From: Penicillus capitatus
Taxonomy: Eukaryota > Plantae > Chlorophyta
Assembly: GCA_965649825.1 (NCBI GenBank)
Contig: OZ287698.1
Coordinates: forward strand, 387,949-451,948
Direction: 5' to 3'
Length of the DNA: 64,000 bases
Each line of letters starts with the position of its first letter. Position 1 is the first letter of the stretch. The notes beneath the pieces are model-generated. The model made no database searches, had not been told where the DNA came from, and was given only the letters and a program-made list of their open reading frames with translations. The translations under genes and the position numbers were made by a program. Positions 38,246 through 47,635 of the stretch are shown piece after piece.

Positions 38246-39766
38246 TGTCAGATAAAGGCTTCACGTTTTACAGAGCAAGGTCAACATGCGTTCACATCCA
38301 TGTATTCATATGCTACAGGTGATGTGACAGTCTTGTCTGACATGGTCCCATCCACCTTCCGTTTGCGCAGACTCCGAAAACGTGAAAACCCTCCGAAAAA
38401 TGAACAGAATTAAGTCAATCGATACCCGAGGTAAACGTCCGTTTAAACATTGAAAAGACGTTCCAACCCGTTGATGCAGTTTCATTAACCGCTGGTTCCC
38501 GTGGACTTTCCGTACGCTGTTGCGTATACGACGTATTTGGACCCGCTGGTGACTCGACCATATCCGAATTCCGCGCTCGCGGACAATCGTTTGCCAGATG
38601 TCCTTTACTTCGGCAGCAGTAACAAATTCTGCCGTGCTTGACGTTCCTCATTCCATCAGTCCCGTCAGCTCTCGTTCGCTGTCTTTTCGGATACCGCCCT
38701 ATGTCATGCAGCACTCGTTTCATTTGCTGCAGCGTCCTCGCATGTCGCTGTCCTTCCGCACGTCTTGTCGTTATCGCTTCAGCTGTCTTGTCGAATTTGG
38801 TCTTCAGGTCCACTCTCACCGTCTTTACCTCGTTGCTAAGCGACCGTATACCAGATACAAAATCTTCCGGTGGTCTCCTCGCTAGCGCCTCGGCTGTCTT
38901 TTCACCGTTCTTCTGCACTGTCTTCTGCAGCATCCTCACTTCACCGGTCAACGACTGAAGACTAGGCACCAAAGCAGGTGCCATAATAAAATGTTTTTTT
39001 GTCTCTGCAAAGGCCGTCTCGGTCTCTTTCAGTTTTTGTCGTCGAGAGGAAGTTTCAGTGCGGATTTTCTTTGTTGCCTGCGTCGCCTTCACAACGTCTT
39101 CTCGAAGCTTCTCATTCTCAGTGCGGATCTCCTGTAAAGCCATTTGCAGGTTGGCGAGTTCATCACTCCTGGCATTCCATTCACGTCCCATTTGCGTCCT
39201 CGCTCGCTCAGCTTCCTGCAATCTCTCCCATAGTATTCCGTTTTCCGTGTCCACCTGACGCAGCTCCCTTAAGAGGATTCTGCATCTTTCCTCTGTTTGA
39301 CCCTGCCCTCTATGTTGTGCTCGACTCATCCTTATCGATGCTTTCTTGAAATTCCTTGGAAACAGGACTCGACTTCCACAAAGGAAGGCGTAATGCGCAA
39401 CAAACGACAAAAACGTAGGTCACAAGTCAACACACGCGGTCGCAACCACAAGCGCACCGCCAATACTCCGAACGAACTTCGAACGAACAAACGAACACGC
39501 GGTCGCAGTCACCAGCGCACCGCACAAACACTGAACGCAAGCTTCGAACGGACACAAACGACTTGGGGCACACACAGCCCAAAGCACCACGTAAAAGACG
39601 CTCAGCGAATCGCGCAACGTCACTCAGACGGAGTTCAAACACAGGAGCGTTAACTGCGCTCCGAAACCATGTCAGATAAAGGCTTCACGTTTTACAGAGC
39701 AAGGTCAACATGCGTTCACATCCATGTATTCATATGCTACAGGTGATGTGACAGTCTTGTCTGACA
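38246..39766 (-). mobile_element. Intact non-autonomous mini LTR element (TR-GAG/TRIM-like, 1521 bp)
   Basis: Identical 97-bp LTRs (38246-38342, 39670-39766) with TGTCAGA...TCTGACA termini; TSD AATAT; PBS TGGTTTCGGAGCG; PPT GGAAGGTGGATGGGA; a single ORF. Confidence 0.95.
38415..39329 (-). CDS. Gag-like protein: long coiled coil plus CCHC zinc knuckle
   Basis: Uninterrupted ORF; heptad-rich N-terminal two-thirds; CYCCRSKGHLANDC (CX2CX4HX4C). Confidence 0.85.
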   Translation of the reverse strand: MSRAQHRGQGQTEERCRILLRELRQVDTENGILWERLQEAERARTQMGREWNARSDELANLQMALQEIRTENEKLREDVVKATQATKKIRTETSSRRQKLKETETAFAETKKHFIMAPALVPSLQSLTGEVRMLQKTVQKNGEKTAEALARRPPEDFVSGIRSLSNEVKTVRVDLKTKFDKTAEAITTRRAEGQRHARTLQQMKRVLHDIGRYPKRQRTRADGTDGMRNVKHGRICYCCRSKGHLANDCPRARNSDMVESPAGPNTSYTQQRTESPREPAVNETASTGWNVFSMFKRTFTSGID

Positions 39767-39899
39767 AATATATATACGCGTCAAACGTAAACAAACCTCA
39801 CATCAACGCGTCTGAACAGTTGTTCACTAATAACGTCACATCATTGATGTATCTAATGGCCTAGTACATTTATTTTTTTTACTGTCAGAAGGATTGAAA

Positions 39900-40058
39900 T
39901 GTCACATCGATGCTGCCTAGATTTCATAGGGTTCTGCCTCTGAAGGGGCGCTCATAAGGGGTTCACTCTCACTTGTCCAGCCACATCCTGGGTATAAATT
40001 CGTGAATGTGGACATGTAGATACCTTTGCTCTATAATACGTGAAGCTTTCCTTTGACA
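39900..40058 (+). mobile_element. Diverged LTR remnant related to the mini-element LTR
   Basis: ACCTTTGCTCTATAATACGTGAAGCTTTCCTTTGACA resembles the mini-element LTR end ACCTTGCTCTGTAAAACGTGAAGCCTTTATCTGACA. Starts TGTCACATC; no TSD seen. Confidence 0.55.
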
Positions 40059-40564
40059 CTTACCCTCGCCGGTCTCCTTCGACGTGGTGCCGTCGAAATG
40101 TGCCTCACACTGCCATCGCGTGCGATGCTCACGCTCCGTGACATATCAGCCTGCCCCACGAGCAGACTATGCAGCAGATCTTATCAAAGGACTCAGATAA
40201 CGACACGGACACGGTCGGCAAGTTGTCGTTCTTTTCCCCTGAGTGCGTCTCCATGCTATCGTCGGATTCGCTGTCGGCCTTGATAGCTATCTTTGGCGTT
40301 TCCGCCACCAATGCGTCTACGTTAAAGTGAATTCTTGAGTTTCCTGGAACGTTTCTGTGACCACTGCTGATGACCACTGTTGTCCCACGACGCTTCGCCA
40401 CGCGGTCGACCCGACGCAGAGCTTCGACGCAGCACGGAAAACGAGAAAACAGAATGCGCGAATAGTAACGATTACAATGCGTCATCGCATCGATTTATGT
40501 AGGTGACGCACAGTTGGTATAGTCCCATTGTCGACACGACGGACGGTGCGCGTACCGTTGGTTC

Positions 40565-40795
40565 ATGTCGCCTTCGAAGGTTACTGAAGCGAACGTCGAC
40601 GACGCAGAAGATCCTCACGTCCTGCAGTTGGGAGACTGCGCTTCGCTGTACACGCGTCTTGAAGACTGCCTCGCCGAGAACGACCGAGACTGGCGTCGCT
40701 GTCAGTTCCTCGTCAGGGCCCTGAAGGTGTGTCAACTGCAGCAGAACTCCGCGGAGAAGCGGTCGCAGAGGACGTCGCCATGCAGCAGCAAGTGA
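40565..40795 (+). CDS. COA4: COA4-like twin CX9C protein, copy 2
   Basis: Protein identical to copy 1. Confidence 0.7.
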   Translation: MSPSKVTEANVDDAEDPHVLQLGDCASLYTRLEDCLAENDRDWRRCQFLVRALKVCQLQQNSAEKRSQRTSPCSSK

Positions 40796-41046
40796 CGCAG
40801 TTCACCGTTCCCAAGCTCTACCGCCACATCCTCAAGGCGGCGCGGCAGTTTCCCAGCATCAAGCGCGACGCCATCATCGAAGACATCAAGACCGAGTTCC
40901 GGGAGAGCAAGAGCCTGAGCGATCCCAAGGTGATCAAGGAGAAGATGGCGGTGGCGGTGCGGGGACTGCAGGAGCTGGAGATCTACACGAAGTTGGACAA
41001 GAAGTCGAAGGAGTGGACCATTCATCTGAGAGGCATGTGTCCCTGA
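40780..41046 (+). CDS. LYR-motif protein, copy 2
   Basis: One amino-acid difference (E/A) from copy 1. Confidence 0.85.
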   Translation: MQQQVTQFTVPKLYRHILKAARQFPSIKRDAIIEDIKTEFRESKSLSDPKVIKEKMAVAVRGLQELEIYTKLDKKSKEWTIHLRGMCP

Positions 41047-41119
41047 CAGCCGACGTCACTGCTGTTTAACAACGACGCGGATCCTTCCCCGTCCCGTCTC
41101 GCTGCGCGGCTCGTCGAGA

Positions 41120-41863
41120 TCATCTGTTGGCGTAGGTGATGTTCATGAAGTTCTCCGGGCCGATCTTGAATCCCTGCAGTCCTTGGATGGCCACGGCGGA
41201 CAGGTGCTCGTTCTCGAACTCGACAAACGCGATGCCGGGACGGCTCTCGATCATGCGCACCTCGACGAACCCTGCGGAGCGCGATGTGTGACGAGTGCGA
41301 GGGCGGAGCGTCGCGTCACCTGGAAACTGCTTGAACAGCATCGACAGCATCATCTCGTTGGTGTTCTCGGGCAGGTTCTGCACGAAGAGGATCTTGTTGG
41401 GCAGGCTCTGCTGGGCGGGCGCCTGTTTCTGTCCCTGGCTCTGCTGCTTGGCGGCGGTCTTCTGCCGCTTCTCCTGAGGCGCCTCCTCCGTCTTCGGGCG
41501 CTTCTCCCTCGGCCTAGAAACGCGCTCAGCGATCGATGCCTTGTTCCGCGCTCCCGGATGGACTTGCTTGTACGTCCCGTCGAGTTTGGCCACGGCGTCC
41601 GACTTGGACTTGGCGAACTGGATGCGGATGGGCTTCTCGAAGAAGGGAAAGCCTTGCATCGAGCGCAGGGCGTTGGTGGCGTGCGTCACGTTGGAGAAGA
41701 CGACGAAGGCCTGGCCGCGCTTCTTAAGCGTCTTGCCGGTGACGACGTCCAGAATCGGACCGAACTGCGAGAACATGGCGTGGAGGCTCTTGCGCAGCGT
41801 CTCCTGCGACACTTTCTCGTAGATGTTGTTCACGTAGATCGTCTGGCTGGGAGCGATGTCCAT
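41120..41863 (-). CDS. U1A/U2B''-family snRNP protein, copy 2
   Basis: One amino-acid difference (Q/R) from copy 1. Confidence 0.95.
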   Translation of the reverse strand: MDIAPSQTIYVNNIYEKVSQETLRKSLHAMFSQFGPILDVVTGKTLKKRGQAFVVFSNVTHATNALRSMQGFPFFEKPIRIQFAKSKSDAVAKLDGTYKQVHPGARNKASIAERVSRPREKRPKTEEAPQEKRQKTAAKQQSQGQKQAPAQQSLPNKILFVQNLPENTNEMMLSMLFKQFPGDATLRPRTRHTSRSAGFVEVRMIESRPGIAFVEFENEHLSAVAIQGLQGFKIGPENFMNITYANR

Positions 41864-41974
41864 CGCGTTCGCAGGAAGGCCGCAAGAAGGAGAAAGATTC
41901 GATCGTCGGATTAATGAAACGGCGTGCATTTCAAATGTTTCATGGACAATGCAACAGTTATTTGAGTGACAGTT

Positions 41975-44900
41975 TCATGCGGGAAGCTCGGAGGTCTTGG
42001 CGCCGGCCTGCTTGGCGATCTTGATGAAGACCTCCTCGAGAGTGACAGTGGCCACGCCCCAGTCCTGGGCCTCGATTCTGCTGCGCGACGCCTCCATGAA
42101 CTGGAAGACCTGGGATGGCGTCACGCTGTTGGACGGAAGCTCGAACTTCAGCGTGCCGGACAGCCGATAGGACTCGACGGCGTTCGGAAAGCGTTCCTTG
42201 ACGAGGGCGGCAGCCCGTTCGACGGCGGCCGGTGCAGTGATGAGCGTGAAGACGAGGTAGCCTCCGTAGCGCTGCGTCAGGGACTTGGGATTGCCGATCA
42301 CCTCGAGCCTCCCGTCCACGAAGATGCCAAGTCGATCGCACAGCACCTCCGCCTCCTCCATGTTGTGCGTCGTCAGGATGATCGCCTTGTCCTGCTTGGC
42401 CTGCTTGACGACCTTCCACAGGTTGCGGCGCGACGCAGGATCCAGTCCGGTGCTGGGCTCGTCCAGGTAGACCACTCTGGGACTGCCGATGAAGGAGATG
42501 GCGACGGAGAGGCGGCGCTTCATGCCGCCGCTGAACTTCTTGACCTGCAGCTTCGACACGCCTCCGTGGAAGAGGTTGACGGCCTTCAGGGCGTCCTCGG
42601 CCGCGCGCTTCAGCTCCGAGTTCTTCAGACCCTTCAGCCTTCCGTAGAACAGCATGTGTTCGAATCCCGTCAGCGTCTCCCACAGCAGGTCGTGCTGCGG
42701 ACAGACGCCCATCTGCGTGTAGAGGGTCTTCATGTCCTGGGCAATGTCCAGGCCCTCGATGTGCGCCTCCCCGGACGTGGCGCCGAGGAATCCGATGAGC
42801 ATGTTGATCGTGGTCGTCTTTCCTGCTCCGTTGGGCCCCAGCAGTCCGAAGACCTCTCCCCTCTCCACGGCGAGGCTCAGGCCTCGGACGGCCACCTTCT
42901 CCGGGACGCCCTCCGCTGCCGGGAACACCTTCCTCAGGTCTCGCAGGATGATGGAGTGTTGCGCGGCCTCCTCTTCTGTCATGTTCTCGACGCGCTGGCG
43001 CTCAGCCGCGACCTCTTCCGTCTCGTCCACGATTTCGATGCTGTGGATGCTGCTGTCGCCAACAGGAGGCACCGTAGAAGATCCTGGATCCCCTTCACCC
43101 TTTTTCGCCATCTCAAACTCTTTGCTGGACATTCGCTTAGGAGATTGGCGTTTCTTTGCTTTATGAATATATTCCAGAAAGAACAAAGGATGACGTTTTA
43201 CTCCAGATCCGGTGGCAATAACCTGTTGCGCATATCTTCGGTGATTGTCATCAACTATTTTGTACGCACCTGTTCGAAGTACCATGCAAGGATCAAGAAA
43301 ATGGGCCATTCAAAGAGCAGCACCAGCATGACGTATCCCATGTGGTTATTCGTTTCATCAAACTTTGACCAGGAGAGCCCGACGGTATTGGAGTATGAAG
43401 CACGGAATCCATACTCGCCGAATTCGTATAATCCCCTAAAGCACACCACCCATGCATTCTCACATTCAATCACGACAGACCGAACCTGTAAACGGCAAAA
43501 GGCGGAATGAGTTCAATGAAATAGTTATAGGTGGCATCATTTGGAAACAAGGAATCGAGAAGGAAAATCCCGATAAATCCAGATCCAAATATCCAGAGAA
43601 AGGAGAAAATGACACACCCCCTAGTTGATCTGAAGAAATTACTAACGGAGAAGCTGAATGCGATTTGTGCATTGCCAAAGAGCAGAAGAAAGATGAACAG
43701 CACACCTAGAATCCAACAGATACCCACAATCCCCACCGAGATAACGATATCTTACCGTAGTTGTTCCGAGTGAAGATAGCAAAATCAGCAGCAGCTGCAC
43801 AAGCAACAAAGACCAGTATATACAGTACATACATCGTCAGATAATAGAGGTAGTTGACAGTCCAATAGGCCGTTTCTCCTAGGCCATGCATCTTCATCAT
43901 GATGCGTAGATTCTGTTCTTTTTCGTAAACCAGTTGCACCAACATCAGCGGGAGCAGCAACTGAACGACCCAGGTTGTTAGCAGAACGGCGATGAAGCTG
44001 GAAAAGGGCAATGTCAGCTTCGTCTCGACTTTAGGTACTTCCTGTACTCCCAGAAGATAACTCCGATAGTCTTCGTAACCTATTGCGAATCGCATCCAGG
44101 CATCAGAGATCATGTTCATCACTGCCGGAATGCGCCCGATACGTGGCGGCCCACCATCTTCATCCAGTATCAGATCCCAGTCCCTTATCCAAAAGTCCAC
44201 GTCCAGTTTTCGATCGGTCGTCGATTTGAAATCAAAGGCCTGTCCAAATTCATCAGGATTCTTGTAATCTGATTGAAAATCGCTGTCTGGCAGCTCTTCG
44301 TTCGTCGCATTGCATTTGGCTTCTTCCCAACTGCAATAAAGGAATTCGTCAATGTTTTTGGCCGTTCGCGAAACCCACTCCACTTGCACACAGGAAGCTA
44401 GACCTACACAAGTGATGCCTCGATGGGAGACCGTACGTACATGGCAGCGGCTGCCCACCTTGTTCCACTTCATCCACTCCGACCTCGCTTCGCAGACCGG
44501 CACTAAACGCTTCCAATCCGCTGTTCACCAATTCAACGGTTGTCTCCACATTACTGCTCGAACAGTTATCTGCATCACTCTTTGCAAAAGACTGTATGGA
44601 TAAGAAAGAGTGACCGACCTGCCATGATTCCCAGTCCAGACGTGACGAAGATGGATTCGATGTGATTTGAGTTTTCTGGCTCTTGGCTTCCGCCAAAAAT
44701 CACACCTGTCCTTCCTAACATCTCCCCCACTCGATTCACTTCATTCTGCAGCAGACATCGTTTCCGGGTCGCGAATACGGGCAACGGACCTCGGTTGTCA
44801 TATCAGCAACGGTTATGGAGATATCCCGCAGCAGATTTTCTCGCATATCTCTTTCTACTGTCTTGTTATCGGCGTTAATAAAGAAGACCAAGTTGGGCAG

Positions 44901-45431
44901 CCATGCCCTTGCCCAGTCAGACGCCTCGGGTATCGAGATAGCGGGCGGCCAGACAATGGGATCTTCGATTTCACAGAAGTAAGCCTGTTCGGGATTCGAG
45001 AACTGAATGCCGCACACGTCGTCGTCGTATTTGCCACACTTCTCTCTTGTAAAATCACACTGACCGAGTCTGTCTGGTGTATGACAGACGCTATCAACCT
45101 CCTTAAGACAGCATTCGACGCACATACACCCGCACTACATCATCACACATTCTCACACTTTTGAAAAACTCCAGTCGTGAGCAGCGTACTCTGTTGTCTC
45201 GCGTATCCAGCAGGTTGTCAATAACGGATTGCAGCAAATAGAGGAGACCGATGAAGACGATTGGCAGGACGATGATGCAGCAATTTAGACAGACGCGTCT
45301 TTTCTGATAAACAGCATTTTTGCGGACGATAGCGTTGAGTTGGGTTTTGAGCGGAATGTCGCCGACCTGGACAAGCAAACGCGATTTGGCCAAGGACTGA
45401 TGAAGTGAGCACGCCTTACGGGTTTCTTCAT
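41975..45431 (-). CDS. ABCA-family half transporter, paralogue 3
   Basis: LNAIVRKNAVYQKRR N-terminus and TMD exons diverged from paralogue 1; the NBD and tail lie in the duplicated arm. Confidence 0.92.
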
Positions 45432-45738
45432 TGTCGATTTCGTGTTTTCGCTGTCTCGTTTGATCGACGGACAGCTCTACTGTTATGTTCGTCTCGAGCT
45501 TCTGCCGATTGGCGACGAACGTCGTCGACTAAATGCAGGAGGATTACGTAATCATCAGATAAACGATCGCGATATCGCGTCGACATAGGATTTAAATGAG
45601 ATCTAACGGAAATTCGCGTCCATCGGCACCTGCCCGTCTGCTCTAACGCGACGGACATGAATGCGGGCGAAAGAGTGAGAGCATCCTGCAAAAGAGTGAG
45701 AAATTTATCGTTGTGCCATCGCCCCGTGCCATGATCGA

Positions 45739-47195
45739 TTAGAGGGCAGCAAAGAGATGATGCATACCATCCCAAGATGGCGAATCTCTGTGGTCGATGG
45801 CCATGATCACCACACCGCCTTCATACTCCGATGCCTCCACGTCCATCTCAGCGAGATGCTGACAGACGTGTTTCGAAACGCGCAGCTGATGTTCCGCACA
45901 CTTGGACTCGAAGGCAGAATAGATCGCCTAAGCACGACACACGCATACAGGAGTGATCAACACAGGCGACAGGGACGACGTTTTCGCGGACAGCTCCAGC
46001 GATCAGACATCGCCCTCCGTGGGCGAGCCTCTGCCGAAGGAGGTTAGGCACTTGCCATGCGTGCTGCTCTTCGTAGAGGATCTCCGATCCCAGAATGACG
46101 TCGAACGCATCGTCCTTTGCCAGTGGCGGCGGTAGAGGATCTTTGCTTCGTCCACTGCTCTCCGGCGATGGCGATGCTCCGTCCCAGGATAGGAACCGTA
46201 TGGCCATGTTTGCAGCATCCCACGGCGAAGAGGCAACGAGAAACTCATCGAGACTCACATCGGTGCCCTCCTCACACGACAATGCCTCGATCGAATCGTC
46301 GTTCATCTGTTCGATGACGCATTGCAGTTCGCGATCAACATCTGCCGCGGGAAGATTGAGGCGGCAACACATGCGTAGATTCTCGAGCACCGAAGCAATG
46401 CAGTCTGTCAAGACCACCTTCGGATGCACCGTCGACAGGGATCGTTTTTGCATAGGGAGGCGTTACGGTGCTGGCGGGTGCGATCTGTGCTGCCAGAATG
46501 CCGGTGGATCCACATCCAGACCCGAGCTCTAGAATTCGTCGTTCCTGTAGAAAACCCCCATGAGCTGCCAGAAACCTGCGTTGACACACATGGCGCCATT
46601 CACTCTCCACAGAACGACACCGCAATGCATCACTTGTTAAGCACATGGGCCACTTTCCATAGTCGTGCGCCCAGTCCATCGTGCAAAGCCCCTTGTCGTA
46701 TCCGAATCTCAAAGTCGCCGTATTTTAGTGTCGTGATCTAGCAATGGTGTTCCCCAGTAAGAAAGCAGGATAAAGGGTCAGTCATCATTGGATGTTCCTA
46801 CAGTGCCGTGTCGTTTGCGGTGCTCCTCGAGTTTCTGCAAAATGACGCGGATGTCTTCGAAGACGGGAGCCCATATCTCTGCCGGGCGCTGCAGAAATGT
46901 CTGCAGAATTTCGGAGGCACCCTCCTCTGTTGCCTGGTACCTTCAATAACGTGACACGATGAAGGGAGAGTGCAGGAGAAGACCTCTTCAGCGTAGGCAT
47001 CGCTACGTTCGATACCCTGCCTCAGCTTCTGAGCAGCTTCGGTCACTCTGCCCTCCATGACGGTGGATACCGGTCGTCGCTTTGCGTTTTGAAGTACCTG
47101 TCCATTCTGCCAGAGGCTTTGATCACTTGAAGCCACTGGGCAACGAGTTCTCCCGCGATGACCAAATCGAGATAGTCTTCTTCGTCGGCCGCCAT
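45739..47195 (-). CDS. Class I SAM-dependent methyltransferase (METTL21/EEF2KMT-like); start approximate
   Basis: RILELGSGCGSTGILAA; VVLTDC; LSWD; FDVILGSEILY. Confidence 0.8.
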
Positions 47196-47635
47196 TTAGT
47201 TCACATCCTTGACGATCGATTCGCTGCAGACGCCTTACACATTGTCACGTTACGTCACGTCACATCATATCACATCACGAAAGGGGGTAGTTAGACTGTT
47301 CCTTTTGCTCAAGAATGGAAATGACAGTGCTTCACAAATGCGTGATCTTCCACAACAAAATGATGGTCACTGGCAGGACGGGAGTCATGAATGTTGGCTA
47401 CTACAGTGCGTGCGTGTCGGTTTCTGACGCTGGTAAGATCATATGCATGCAACATGGTATGGGTATCTCTAAGGTATCGATGTCATTCAATGACACTGCC
47501 GCCGATGTCACGTTGAGGAAGCTCACTAACAGAGTTTGTCCAATGAACGACGCGACATTCATGTCAAATCAGCAGATATTGTCATCGAAGAGACGTGAAA
47601 ATAAAACAAACCATATTGAGGAGAAAAAGACCAGT

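Larger units (their letters stand above)
40539..43138. repeat. Arm 2 of the 2.6 kb inverted duplication (partner 12004-14602)
   Basis: See arm 1. Confidence 0.97.

Noticed and set aside
47241-47280. TCACG/TCACA short repeat tract
   Set aside because: Low-complexity microsatellite-like sequence with no supportable function.
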